Position numbers and translations under genes: made by a program. Below, one piece after another: positions 26,945 to 37,291 of a stretch of 64,000 nt of DNA. Each line of letters begins with the position of its first letter. Position 1 is the stretch's first letter. Where the stretch lies: IMG/VR virus record IMGVR_UViG_3300009158_000031, positions 1-64,000 of that record. One strand, written 5' to 3'. The notes beneath the pieces were generated by a model. The model made no database searches and had not been told where the DNA came from. It saw only the letters and a list, made by a program, of their open reading frames with translations.

Positions 26945-28482
26945 GTAATTTTGAAAGAAGTATTGTAACTCTTATAGAACCAACTATTAAAGTCGATGCT
27001 CTGTTTCTACAGGATTCAGAATCTAAAGAAGCGATTGATAAAAAAAGTTCTGCTGCACCTAGTGGTGATGATAAATTAAAACAATCAAATAGACAAGGTT
27101 TTACTTCTCCAGTTATCTTTATCAATACGACTAAATTTGAAGAGGCAGAAATAGATAGCTTTGAACTTGATATGTATGGTCCTGTACCAACAATAAGTTT
27201 TTCTATTACTGATGCAACTAGGAAAATGAATATTTCTGGTCCTTTAGATGGTGATGTAATTTCGTTGTATATGAAACCGCCGGATGATAAGAATCAAAGA
27301 CCCTTTAGAATGGATTTTGATATAACATCAATGGATCCTTCCGGAGATGCTAATTTTCGTTTTGAAGGATTGATGAAAATTCCAGGTTTATATGCCGAAA
27401 CAAACAAATCATTTCCAAAAGATACTTCATTTAATCATCTACAAGATGTTGCTGAATTTTTAAAAATTGGTTTTGCTTCCAATGAGACTCTTACTCAAGA
27501 TAAAATGATTAGACTTTGTCCTTATACAACTTTGAATGAGTTTTTAGATGAAACTGTTAATAGCTCTTATAAAGATGATGATTCTTTCTTTTGTTGGTTT
27601 ATCGATCCATATTACTATTTGAATTTCGTAAACCTAAATAAACAATTTTCATTAGATGATAAAACGGATCCAATCAATATAACCAATGGAAATATTGGTT
27701 TAGGTTGGGATCAAGGAGAAACAGAAAAATCCGTAAAAGGATCTTTAGTTTTATCGAATAAAAATGATAAAGTCGGAACTAACGTTTACATAAAAACTTT
27801 CTCGTTAGAGAATAATGCCGCGGCAATAGCATTAAGTGAAGGTTATAAAAGATATGCTCAATATTATAATGTAGGTGATGGTAAGGCTAAAGGCGAATAC
27901 GTTTCTAATTTTGTAGATCCTTTAACTACTAAAGGAGCAGAAGATAAGCTAATATTAGCTAAAGGAAGAAGAGACGAAGATCGATACAAGAAACAAGTTA
28001 AATATAAATGGTTAGGTAAACTTTCAGGAGATGTTGATGGAGGAAATATGCATGACAATTTTATATTCTCTGAAGTTCTCAATCATCAAAATAAGAAAGA
28101 AATAACCAAACAATCTTTAAAGATAGAAATGGAACAGGTGAATTTTTACATATATAAATATATGAGAATTCCAATTCTAATTTATCAAGGTGCAGAGAAT
28201 AAAAGTTCATTTAGTAGAGCAGATTCAAGAGATAAAGATTTAGGAGAAAACAAATCAGATGCTGATCCTAATGGTCGTAGTGATATTCAAGGAAATACTC
28301 AAACTGCTCCAGGAGGAAAAGTTGGAGATGACGAAAGAGACGCAATCAAAAACGAATTTTTGAGTGGGTATTATGTAGTTAGTGGAATGAAATATAAATG
28401 GACTTCTCCTGGACCAATAAGCATGGAAATGACTCTTCTTCGTAGAGAATGGCCAATACCAGCTAAGTTGAAAAATTATTAA
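26941..28482 (+). CDS. Putative baseplate hub (gp27-like)
   Basis: Position between the gp53-like gene and the spike; C-terminal FLSGYYVVSGMKY...MTLLRREW. Confidence 0.55.
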   Translation: MSNFERSIVTLIEPTIKVDALFLQDSESKEAIDKKSSAAPSGDDKLKQSNRQGFTSPVIFINTTKFEEAEIDSFELDMYGPVPTISFSITDATRKMNISGPLDGDVISLYMKPPDDKNQRPFRMDFDITSMDPSGDANFRFEGLMKIPGLYAETNKSFPKDTSFNHLQDVAEFLKIGFASNETLTQDKMIRLCPYTTLNEFLDETVNSSYKDDDSFFCWFIDPYYYLNFVNLNKQFSLDDKTDPINITNGNIGLGWDQGETEKSVKGSLVLSNKNDKVGTNVYIKTFSLENNAAAIALSEGYKRYAQYYNVGDGKAKGEYVSNFVDPLTTKGAEDKLILAKGRRDEDRYKKQVKYKWLGKLSGDVDGGNMHDNFIFSEVLNHQNKKEITKQSLKIEMEQVNFYIYKYMRIPILIYQGAENKSSFSRADSRDKDLGENKSDADPNGRSDIQGNTQTAPGGKVGDDERDAIKNEFLSGYYVVSGMKYKWTSPGPISMEMTLLRREWPIPAKLKNY

Positions 28483-28496
28483 AATAAAAGAAAGAA

Positions 28497-30293
28497 ATGG
28501 CATTTTCAGCTAGATCCGCAAAATATAAAGATGGAGCACTTAATAGATTTGTAAAGACTAATTTATTTTTTGAAACAAATCCATATATTCTATTTCAGGA
28601 TCCTACATATCTAGGATTCAAACTATTCTTTTTGGTTAATCAACCGGATAGTAAGTTATTATCAGATGAGCCTTTGCCTAATACCGCAATGTCATACTTG
28701 TATAATATTGGAGATACCGCTAGAATGCATTATCTTCAAAAATTCGTACAACATTTAGTTGCTATTAATCAACAAACTCCTTGGTTCTTTCAATCAATTG
28801 AAGGTTTAGCAGAGGCATGGAAACATGGTTTTCAAGAAGCAGATTTTAAACCTAAATTAGGTGATGATAGAAAAATTTCTATTAAATGTTTGGAAAGTAT
28901 AGATCTTCGCATGACTGCATTAATAGATCTTTATCGTAAAGCATGTTTTGATTGGCCAAATAGAAGAGAAGTAGTTCCCAAGAATTTAAGACAATTTACG
29001 ATGTATATTTATTGTTATGAGAATCGTACTATAAATGTTAAAGGTCAACCTGGCTCTAATTCCCTATCATCTCTTAAAGAATATGCCGCATTGCCTGAGG
29101 TTAATCAAAGACAAATAGATCAAAATAAAATTTTATTAGGTTTACCATTAAGTAAAGGTGGTGGAGCAAAACCTATTCCATCTGCTACCGAAATTACAGC
29201 CGGTGTACAAAGTATTATTGGTATAGGAGGAGGAGAAGAGGATGATGGTTTTGATAATGATTCTCAGTTTGCAAATACCATCAATGATAATATTAATAGA
29301 GTAATGTTTAAATTTGATCTTTGTGAATGGTTACCTGACGAGAGCGGGGTTATTGGTGCTAAAATTAATAACATAACTGGTGAAGCGGCTGATCAAACTC
29401 TAGCATTCTCATATAAAACCGTATATGAAGAAAATGTTTATAATATGTTTTCCGGAATTAGTGTTACCGATCTAAATTATATTCTAGATCAATCATCATT
29501 AGATAATGCTGATAAAACATTAACCGGATTAAGATCTAAATTTACTGAAGGTGGTGGATTTGGTTTACAATCCATTACAAATGGAAATTTTAATGCACTT
29601 ACGCCTTTTGCATCTATGGCTGCTGATAGATTAACTGAAGCAATTTCTTCTAAAGCTAAAGGTCTTCTATTAGGTAATATATTTGGATTTTCTCCAGCAA
29701 ATGTTGCTGGTGCTGCACAATCAATACTTACTGGAGATCCATCCGCGATGGTTCAAGGAGTAACACAATTAGCTAATGCTGGTGGTGGTGCATCTATAAA
29801 AAATGCCACAAATAAAATTCAAGGAGCACCAAACGTATTCGATTCAATTACTGGAGCATTAGGCGGTATCGTCGATAATGGTGATCTAGGAAACATATTT
29901 AATGATAGATCTGCTTCATTGGCAAATGATAATGGACCAGATGCTAAATCTCAAGGAACGGGTAATCCTACGGCTTCATTGGCAAACGATAATGGACCGG
30001 ATGCTAAATCACAAGGAACGGGTAATTCAACAGCCTCTTTAACAAATAATAATAGTTCTGGTGCTAAATCACAGGGAAAAGGCAATGATCAATCTTCTTT
30101 ATCGAATGATAATGGTTCAGATGCTAAATCCCAAGGAACAGGTAATTCAACTGCATCATTATCTAACAATCCTAGCTCTGGTGCTAAAACTCAAGGTTCA
30201 GGTAATCCAACTGCTTCTTTAGCAAATGATAATGGACCAGATGCTAAATCACAAGGAACAGGTAATGATCGAGCTTCATTGTCTAATGGATAA
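28497..30293 (+). CDS. Tail-tube-fold baseplate protein (gp54-like) with C-terminal 20-aa repeats
   Basis: Genomic context, a tube-like N-terminal half (CLESIDLRM) and a repeat tail. Confidence 0.45.
   Translation: MAFSARSAKYKDGALNRFVKTNLFFETNPYILFQDPTYLGFKLFFLVNQPDSKLLSDEPLPNTAMSYLYNIGDTARMHYLQKFVQHLVAINQQTPWFFQSIEGLAEAWKHGFQEADFKPKLGDDRKISIKCLESIDLRMTALIDLYRKACFDWPNRREVVPKNLRQFTMYIYCYENRTINVKGQPGSNSLSSLKEYAALPEVNQRQIDQNKILLGLPLSKGGGAKPIPSATEITAGVQSIIGIGGGEEDDGFDNDSQFANTINDNINRVMFKFDLCEWLPDESGVIGAKINNITGEAADQTLAFSYKTVYEENVYNMFSGISVTDLNYILDQSSLDNADKTLTGLRSKFTEGGGFGLQSITNGNFNALTPFASMAADRLTEAISSKAKGLLLGNIFGFSPANVAGAAQSILTGDPSAMVQGVTQLANAGGGASIKNATNKIQGAPNVFDSITGALGGIVDNGDLGNIFNDRSASLANDNGPDAKSQGTGNPTASLANDNGPDAKSQGTGNSTASLTNNNSSGAKSQGKGNDQSSLSNDNGSDAKSQGTGNSTASLSNNPSSGAKTQGSGNPTASLANDNGPDAKSQGTGNDRASLSNG
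29913..30290 (+). repeat. 60-bp coding tandem repeat, six full copies plus a partial one (ASLANDNGPDAKSQGTGNxT)
   Basis: Successive 60-nt lines align, with synonymous divergence. Confidence 0.9.
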
Positions 30294-30315
30294 CCAAATC
30301 ATATAATAGTATACG

Positions 30316-30993
30316 ATGGCAATAAGAGACTTTTCAAAAGACGATTTACGAAACACCTCATGGTTAGGTGAAGTGGTAGATATTGCTGATCCTCAAAAAA
30401 TTGGTCGCATCAAAGTTAAAGTATTTGGTAAATTCGACGAATTAACTAATGATGCTATTCCATGGGCTTATCCAGGAAATAATATTTCTGCCGGAAGTGC
30501 GGATGGTGGATCTTTCTTTTCGGTTCCTAAAATGGGATCTATAGTTTCTATTAAATTTGATAATGGAAATATCTATTACCCTGAATATTTTTTCAATCAG
30601 CATTTATCACAAGATGCACGTAAAGAAATTGAGAATTCTTATGAAAACGCTCATATAATAGTTTATGATACTGTTACTGATGGAAAACTTAAAATCTTCT
30701 TTACTCAAGAAAAGGGACTTATGCTAGATTATAAAGAGACTCAAATTAACATCAAACCAGACAAATCTATTGTGATAAAAGCGGAGAATGTTATAATCGA
30801 TCAAGCAAAATCAATTGAATTAGGAAAAGGTGCAACGGATCCAGTAATTTTAGGAAATGCTTTCTTGACTCTTTTTAATGCACATACTCATTTAGGTAAT
30901 CTAGGAGCTCCTACATCACCACCGACCTCACCAATGACTCCGGCTGCTCATCTTAGTGGTAAAGGATCTACTCCACAAACTACCGTAAAATAA
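30316..30993 (+). CDS. Baseplate central spike (gp5/gpV-like, no lysozyme domain)
   Basis: OB-fold WLGEVVDIADPQKIGRIKVKV...IPWAYP...VPKMGS and apex metal motif FNAHTH. Confidence 0.85.
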   Translation: MAIRDFSKDDLRNTSWLGEVVDIADPQKIGRIKVKVFGKFDELTNDAIPWAYPGNNISAGSADGGSFFSVPKMGSIVSIKFDNGNIYYPEYFFNQHLSQDARKEIENSYENAHIIVYDTVTDGKLKIFFTQEKGLMLDYKETQINIKPDKSIVIKAENVIIDQAKSIELGKGATDPVILGNAFLTLFNAHTHLGNLGAPTSPPTSPMTPAAHLSGKGSTPQTTVK

Positions 30994-31003
30994 TAAAAAG
31001 AAT

Positions 31004-31399
31004 ATGCCTTTAATCCCAATTGCAATAGAAACTCCTCTAGATACTGCGTTTAAAGCATCTAGAAATAAATTCAAAATATCTTCTAGAAAAGCCTTTCTTG
31101 ATGCAATGACAAAATTTAAAACAGAATCTGCAGCAGCAGCTGCAGAGAAAACAATTAATAAAGATGGAATTTTTGATACTGCAGTAGCAGCTGCATCTGA
31201 TGTTTTTATGAATGAGATGGATAACGCCTATGGCGATACATTTGAAGGTCTAGGTAAAATTATCGCTGCACAAGTAGACGCTTACATCAGAACAATGACT
31301 ATCATTGTTCCTCCAGGACAAGTTGTTCTTACTCCTTTTGCTCCATCCCCACTTCCTGGATCAACAACCGCACCTTCACCTCCAGCAATAATCTCATAG
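31004..31399 (+). CDS. Spike-adjacent hypothetical structural protein
   Basis: Genomic context. Confidence 0.55.
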   Translation: MPLIPIAIETPLDTAFKASRNKFKISSRKAFLDAMTKFKTESAAAAAEKTINKDGIFDTAVAAASDVFMNEMDNAYGDTFEGLGKIIAAQVDAYIRTMTIIVPPGQVVLTPFAPSPLPGSTTAPSPPAIIS

Positions 31400-31462
31400 A
31401 AACGAGAGATATATAATCTAATAATACAATAATCTATTTATATTCACTTAACAAACAAAAAA

Positions 31463-32632
31463 ATGACAGAACAAATCGAATCTTTAATGACTAAAAAAGT
31501 ATGGACCGACACAGATTGGGAAAACTATGAGTCAGAATCCTTTGGGAAACGAAGAATCAACAAAAAAATTAAACACACTCTAGGTGACACCTCAAAAGTC
31601 TTTTACAATGGGCCAGACGCTCAAAAGATTTATGATTTGTATATGGGATCTCTTTCAAATTTAAAAGAACCTAAAACTGGAGATGTTGTCCTTGCAACCG
31701 TTTTATCGGTTAATCAAGAAAAAAATCATGCTATTCTCTATGTAGGCTGGAGAGAAGATGCTATCCTAGATCTTAAAAAAGAATTAGCCGAGTACATTCC
31801 TAACATTAAAGTAGGAAATCAAATTGAGGTTATCATTGAGACTAAAGGTCAAAATGTGCCTATTACCGCATCTTATTCTAAAAACATTCAAGCCCTTAAG
31901 CGTAACGAAGTATTCGATGCTATTGGCAAAAATGTTGCTTATGCCGCTAAAGTTGAAGAACTTATTCATGGTGGTTACTTCTTAAACATTGATGGAGTTC
32001 GTTGTTTCATGCCAGGATCTCTTGGTGGAATGAACAAATTAGTTAACTTCGAATCTTTAATTGGCCAAACTATTTATGTAGTTCCCATCAATTACTCAAA
32101 AGAGAAAGATTATATCGTGGTTTCTCATCGCGAATATCTTAAAGCTCTGGTTCCTCAAGAAATTGAAAAACTTATCATTAGTCAAAAATACAATGGTTTC
32201 GTTACTGGAACTAGCCGACATGGAATATTCGTTGAATTTAATGGTTGCTTAACTGGATTAATTACCAAATCAGATATCGATGATATGAACCTGGTAAATT
32301 ACAACGAAGGTCGTATTAAACCAGGTGATCCAATTGAATTCTATTTAAAAGAAGTTCTCGATGATACAAAAATCATCCTTTCTTGTAAACCGGAAACTAT
32401 TATTAATGAATGGGACGGAATCGAAGATAAATACAAAGTGCCATCGATGGTAACTGGTAAAGTGAAGAGAATCGTGAAATACGGAATATTCGTTGAACTA
32501 GAACCTAAAATCGTAGGCTTATTACATAAATCACATCTTAATGAAGATATGCAATTTGAAGTTGGTCAAGATATCGATGTTAAAATCGTAAAGATCGACA
32601 AAGAATCCAAGAAAGTAGACTTTACTGTATAA
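31463..32632 (+). CDS. Ribosomal protein S1-like multi-S1-domain protein
   Basis: About four S1/OB repeats, including GGYFLNIDGVRCFMPGS, IVVSHRE, HGIFVEF...GLI and YGIFVELEPKIVGLLHKS. Confidence 0.85.
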   Translation: MTEQIESLMTKKVWTDTDWENYESESFGKRRINKKIKHTLGDTSKVFYNGPDAQKIYDLYMGSLSNLKEPKTGDVVLATVLSVNQEKNHAILYVGWREDAILDLKKELAEYIPNIKVGNQIEVIIETKGQNVPITASYSKNIQALKRNEVFDAIGKNVAYAAKVEELIHGGYFLNIDGVRCFMPGSLGGMNKLVNFESLIGQTIYVVPINYSKEKDYIVVSHREYLKALVPQEIEKLIISQKYNGFVTGTSRHGIFVEFNGCLTGLITKSDIDDMNLVNYNEGRIKPGDPIEFYLKEVLDDTKIILSCKPETIINEWDGIEDKYKVPSMVTGKVKRIVKYGIFVELEPKIVGLLHKSHLNEDMQFEVGQDIDVKIVKIDKESKKVDFTV

Positions 32633-32670
32633 TTTCTTTAAGATAAATAATAAAAGGAAATGGTAAGGAA

Positions 32671-34029
32671 ATGGATTATAACTCACTTAATTTTACACCT
32701 CTATTCGAAAAGAGCTTAGTAAGGGTTACTGCTGAATTTCACAGTGACAAGAGTAATAGTGCAGCACTTGAAACATTATCGAAGGATCTGAAGCGTAAGG
32801 TAACTCCTTCAGATCCTTCTTCTATGTCTTTCCAGTTGAAAAGAGATGAATCCGGAAAATTCACATTTTCTACTGGATTCTTGTTGTACCGAGATGCTCG
32901 GCTTACGTTAATAGATCTATTCAAATGGATGGAACGTAATTCAAAAACCGAAAGAACGGATAATCTTTATCTAGATCTTAAGTTTATTGATGTAATTTCA
33001 GGACCTTTCAAAGGAACTTTGTTTAATACATCTACAAAAATTGATTCAATTGATAAAATCAAATTCGCTTTAGGATTTGATGAAGATGCCGTGTATAAAG
33101 TTTTCCCATCTAGAAAGAATGGATTTAATTCTCAAACTATTCGAAATTTCGCACCTCAACAAAAGTTTTTAGTGAAAACTAAATACATAGATCCTACATC
33201 ATATGATATTCCAAACACTCTTAATAGTGGAGTAAACTTCGAAACTTTAACTGATGGATATGTTAGATTACAATATATTGGTGGAACTAAATATGAAGAA
33301 AAATCTAGTGAAATTCTTACAATCCTTAATCAATTCACGATCACTGCTTGGGATTCGGTTATTAATAAAACTTACACCAAAGACAATTTAGATAAATTTG
33401 TATCTATGTTATCAAGAACAAAAGGTGCAAGAGAAGCCTATTTAGATTATGATTTATTTCTTAAGAATTTTCCAAAAGTTAAATTTACGGTAGATCTATT
33501 AGGTGATAAGAAAATTCTTGAATCTTATTATGGAATTTTAAAAGATCGAGTATATGAGATATTCAGTAATATTACAATTGAAGGTGATTGCGATCTTAAT
33601 TATGATACTCTTCTTTGTACGTTTCAAATACGTTCAGCTAAATTTAGAGCTAACAAACTAGTTAAAATAGACTTTATTGATTGTGAAATTGCGAGTGGAT
33701 CTTTTGAAATGTGTGATTTTTATGATTGTCGATTAATTGATTCATCTTTAAATTATTGCAATTTATTTCTACATTCTATTGTTGATAGATCTAATATATT
33801 AGATTCCTTTGCAAATAGAACGGTTCAACTTAAAAATTGTGAAATTGATGGTATGAATACCGTTATTAATTGCGATGTTATTGGAGGACTAATTAAAAAA
33901 TGTAAAGTCGGTGAACATGCTAGCATTGCAAAAGATGTCGTTGTTATCGAATATTCACCAATCAAATCAGGGTATTTTGTTGCTGGTGATAGAGTAATTA
34001 TACCTACAAAAAAATTTAATACACTGTGA
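32671..34029 (+). CDS. Hypothetical late protein: possible degenerate amidoligase-like N-domain plus a beta-helix C-domain
   Basis: GVNF...YVRLQYIGGTKYE resembles phage amidoligase motifs; Cys/Ile periodic C-terminus; late motif at 32642. Confidence 0.4.
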   Translation: MDYNSLNFTPLFEKSLVRVTAEFHSDKSNSAALETLSKDLKRKVTPSDPSSMSFQLKRDESGKFTFSTGFLLYRDARLTLIDLFKWMERNSKTERTDNLYLDLKFIDVISGPFKGTLFNTSTKIDSIDKIKFALGFDEDAVYKVFPSRKNGFNSQTIRNFAPQQKFLVKTKYIDPTSYDIPNTLNSGVNFETLTDGYVRLQYIGGTKYEEKSSEILTILNQFTITAWDSVINKTYTKDNLDKFVSMLSRTKGAREAYLDYDLFLKNFPKVKFTVDLLGDKKILESYYGILKDRVYEIFSNITIEGDCDLNYDTLLCTFQIRSAKFRANKLVKIDFIDCEIASGSFEMCDFYDCRLIDSSLNYCNLFLHSIVDRSNILDSFANRTVQLKNCEIDGMNTVINCDVIGGLIKKCKVGEHASIAKDVVVIEYSPIKSGYFVAGDRVIIPTKKFNTL

Positions 34030-34811
34030 TAGACAATTGTAACGATCCAAATTCTCCGGCTGCAATAGCTTACGATCAATTCATATCGGATGTTCAACAA
34101 GAATTAAGTGTTGCTTGTGCTTTACCGTTCACAACACCAAGACCAGAAATTGAACGTATTATTAAGTATTCTGCTGATTGGTTCTATAAAAAATACGAAG
34201 ATGCGGTTGAGGAAAAATACTACATTATTCCTGTAACCTGGTTTAGTTTACCTCAATTTAAAAGAGAAAGATCTATAACTCTTCCTGATTGTGTTTTTTC
34301 CGTTTTCTCTGTTAAAAAGCTAAGAGAAGATTTTGGACGTAATATGACATTTGATGGTACTGCCGATTTTGGTATTGAACGTTTGTTCTTATCAGATTCT
34401 GTTTCATTAGGTCAAGGAACGGAAAACTTAATGTATTACACATTGAACATGTATTGGTTAGACGTTGCATCGCATATAATCAATCACACCATCAGTTTTA
34501 ATTATAACCGTAATACTCATAAATTATTCTTTCCTGGACAAACTCCGGATAGAGATTGTGTGTTACATACATATACTAAGCTACCAATTGATATGTTAAT
34601 GAGAGATGAATTATTCTTTCGTTATGTAGTAGCTAAATGTAAAATGCAATTATCTAGAGTAATTGGAACATTTGACTTTAATCTTCCTGGAGGAATAAAA
34701 ATTAATTTCGATTTGATTCGAGGTGAAGGTGAAAGTGCTCTAGAAAAGATTGAAGAAGAAATCAAATCCGAAGAAGGAATGGATTTTTTCTTTACATCTG
34801 GAGGATCTTAA
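34026..34811 (+). CDS. Neck / head-tail adaptor (T4 gp13-like)
   Basis: C-terminal RYVVAKCKMQLSRVIGTFDFNLPGGIKINFD resembles gp13 (LPGGV). Confidence 0.7.
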   Translation: MIDNCNDPNSPAAIAYDQFISDVQQELSVACALPFTTPRPEIERIIKYSADWFYKKYEDAVEEKYYIIPVTWFSLPQFKRERSITLPDCVFSVFSVKKLREDFGRNMTFDGTADFGIERLFLSDSVSLGQGTENLMYYTLNMYWLDVASHIINHTISFNYNRNTHKLFFPGQTPDRDCVLHTYTKLPIDMLMRDELFFRYVVAKCKMQLSRVIGTFDFNLPGGIKINFDLIRGEGESALEKIEEEIKSEEGMDFFFTSGGS

Positions 34812-34878
34812 TATACATCGAGACGATCATACCGGATCATCTAATGAAACGAAAATAAACCTAAAAGAATTAATATTA

Positions 34879-35247
34879 ATGGCAATTGACATATACTTAA
34901 GGATCCCTACCGATCCTAATTATGACCCAACGCAAATTGATGGCGATGACGAATTTCAACAATTTTTACAATTGATAGAAATGCTATTGACTACAAAAAG
35001 AGGTGAAGTTTTAGGTAATCCTGGTTTAGGTTGTAATTTAGAGCAATTTCTTTGGAATGAACAAATAACGTCTAGTGCAGTTAAGACTGAGATAATGACG
35101 CAAATTTTAGATTTTGGAAGTGATTATGGTACTAGAATTTCGTATGATATTGATGTCAATTTCATTGCAGGACCTATTACCGATAGTATTTTAGTAGATG
35201 TTTATATTGAAGATCAAAAAGTCTTAGGTATTGCAGCAACCCCTTAA
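34879..35247 (+). CDS. Baseplate wedge / sheath initiator (gp25-like)
   Basis: LLTTKRGEVLGNPGLGCNLEQFLW motif; start moved to ATG 34879. Confidence 0.85.
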   Translation: MAIDIYLRIPTDPNYDPTQIDGDDEFQQFLQLIEMLLTTKRGEVLGNPGLGCNLEQFLWNEQITSSAVKTEIMTQILDFGSDYGTRISYDIDVNFIAGPITDSILVDVYIEDQKVLGIAATP

Positions 35248-35267
35248 TAACATGAATAGATATAATA

Positions 35268-37043
35268 ATGGCAAAGCTTAACAAGATATTCACACCCAAT
35301 AGGATTGGATACCAACAACTTATTAATGATACATACCTTTACCTGATAGATACTTACTCTCAGGCACAAACTGTATTTTCTAAGGCTTCGCCTTATGGAC
35401 AATTACTTGATGTAATTAATAACTTCTCTCAGCTATTCTTCTTATATTTAGAAGATGCGATAGTGGAAAATAACATATTAACTGCACAGAAACAAAAATC
35501 TATTTATGGATTATCCCGATTAGTTGGGCACAATCCAACTAGAGCACTTTCTGCACAAGGAACTATTCGAGTTAAAATGAAACCTGGTGCTCAATCTGAT
35601 GTTAATGCGTCTTACCTTTTATTTCTTAATAAGAGTAAATTAAATTGCATAAATAATGGATTAGATTATTTTGTCCAAATGGGTAATGCTCTAGGTAATA
35701 CTAAAATAGATTCAAACAATATTGGATTTACTAGTTTTAAATTAATTCAAGGTATATTAGATACGCAAACCGCTATATCTAATGGAGATCCTCTACAAAC
35801 TTATAATTTCCAAACCGATAGACCTATAGAAAACGATATGGTTTATGTTTTTGTTAATGGAGAACCTTTTGATATTAAAGACTCTCTATACGATATGACT
35901 AGAGATCAAAAGCAATGTATGGTTAAAACTGGTGTTGCCGGTGGTATTGACGTTATTTTTGGAAATGAAGATTATGGATACATTCCTCCTTTTGGTAATA
36001 AAATTATGGTTGAATATGTAAAAACTGATGGTTTTCAAGGAAATATTTTTGGAAAAGGTAATTCAATACAATTCAAATGGGCAGATCCTGCATATACTAA
36101 TACCGGAGAAGAAATTGATATTAATGAATTTTTTATAACAGAAATAGAAAAACCTCTTATTTTAGGTGCAGATGAAGAACCGGTAGAATTAACAAAACTA
36201 ATTGCTCCTAAAACTTCTAGATCTTTTGTCCTAGCAAATCCAGACAATTACGTTAATTTACTTTCAAGATTTAATTATTCATATGTGGATGCATATACTA
36301 CAAAAGATGATGGATTCGTTGCAGATGACAATGTGATTTATTTATTTTTGCTACCAGATATTTCTAGAAGATTATCCAAAAATGCAGATTATTTTACAAC
36401 AGATATCAAAAACTTCTATTTAGATACAGATGAAAAAGATGCAATTATTTCATATATTAATCAAAGTGGAAGACAGATAATTTCAACAGAATTAAGTGTT
36501 GTTGATCCGGTTATTAAAAAATATGCGGTAAATGTTTTTCTTAGAGTATTTGATACGGTAGATACAACAACGATTAAAAATGACGTTATCAATCAAATAA
36601 CAAATTACTTAATTAATGTTACTCGAAGAGACAGAGTTCCTAAATCGGATTTGGTTGCTATTATTGAGGCAATTAACGGAGTAGATTCAGTAGATGTAAC
36701 TTTCGTTTCTCAAGAAAATGAAGATGCAATTATTGATGGATTTTATTATAGAGTAGAAAAGACCTCTTCTATAGTTAGATCATTAACAACCGAGACTTTA
36801 AAGAAAATAACGGTTGCACCTGGTCAAAATCCCAATTTAGGATTAGACGAATTTGGTGATATTGTTATCGAACAAAATGAAGTACCTATTATTAGAGGTG
36901 GATGGTATGATCGAAATAATAATTTCTATGAAGAAGGATTAAGTGAAAGAGATTTCTCTTCGGTTAACGTCATCATAAAAAGTGTAATTCCGGAAACTCT
37001 ATCTACTAGAATAACCATGAAAAATAAAGATGCCATTAAATAA
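35268..37043 (+). CDS. Baseplate wedge protein (gp6/baseplate J-like)
   Basis: TAQKQKSIYGLSRLVGHNP, VIFGNEDYGYIP, GADEEP and AINGVDSV. Confidence 0.85.
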   Translation: MAKLNKIFTPNRIGYQQLINDTYLYLIDTYSQAQTVFSKASPYGQLLDVINNFSQLFFLYLEDAIVENNILTAQKQKSIYGLSRLVGHNPTRALSAQGTIRVKMKPGAQSDVNASYLLFLNKSKLNCINNGLDYFVQMGNALGNTKIDSNNIGFTSFKLIQGILDTQTAISNGDPLQTYNFQTDRPIENDMVYVFVNGEPFDIKDSLYDMTRDQKQCMVKTGVAGGIDVIFGNEDYGYIPPFGNKIMVEYVKTDGFQGNIFGKGNSIQFKWADPAYTNTGEEIDINEFFITEIEKPLILGADEEPVELTKLIAPKTSRSFVLANPDNYVNLLSRFNYSYVDAYTTKDDGFVADDNVIYLFLLPDISRRLSKNADYFTTDIKNFYLDTDEKDAIISYINQSGRQIISTELSVVDPVIKKYAVNVFLRVFDTVDTTTIKNDVINQITNYLINVTRRDRVPKSDLVAIIEAINGVDSVDVTFVSQENEDAIIDGFYYRVEKTSSIVRSLTTETLKKITVAPGQNPNLGLDEFGDIVIEQNEVPIIRGGWYDRNNNFYEEGLSERDFSSVNVIIKSVIPETLSTRITMKNKDAIK

Positions 37044-37291
37044 TGTATAAAGACAGTATCTATACGAAGATGTTAAATGAATCTTCTAATTTAAAATATA
37101 AAGGATTTGAGTATCAGAATACAAATATAATGGAAAAATTTGTTTCTAACCGAATGACCGGAAATCCAATAATGGCTGGATTTCTTAAATTACTTAGTCC
37201 AATTTTTATAAATTGGCTAGAATCTGTTAAAAGAGTTCAATTCTTTTACAACTACATAATTGATAAAAACGATAATAGTATAAACCGATAA
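37043..37291 (+). CDS. Small baseplate-associated protein
   Basis: TAATG coupling on both sides. Confidence 0.6.
   Translation: MYKDSIYTKMLNESSNLKYKGFEYQNTNIMEKFVSNRMTGNPIMAGFLKLLSPIFINWLESVKRVQFFYNYIIDKNDNSINR

Noticed and set aside
29913-30290. Regularly spaced repeats resembling a CRISPR array
   Set aside because: In-frame 60-bp coding repeat with synonymous variation and no unique spacers or cas genes.
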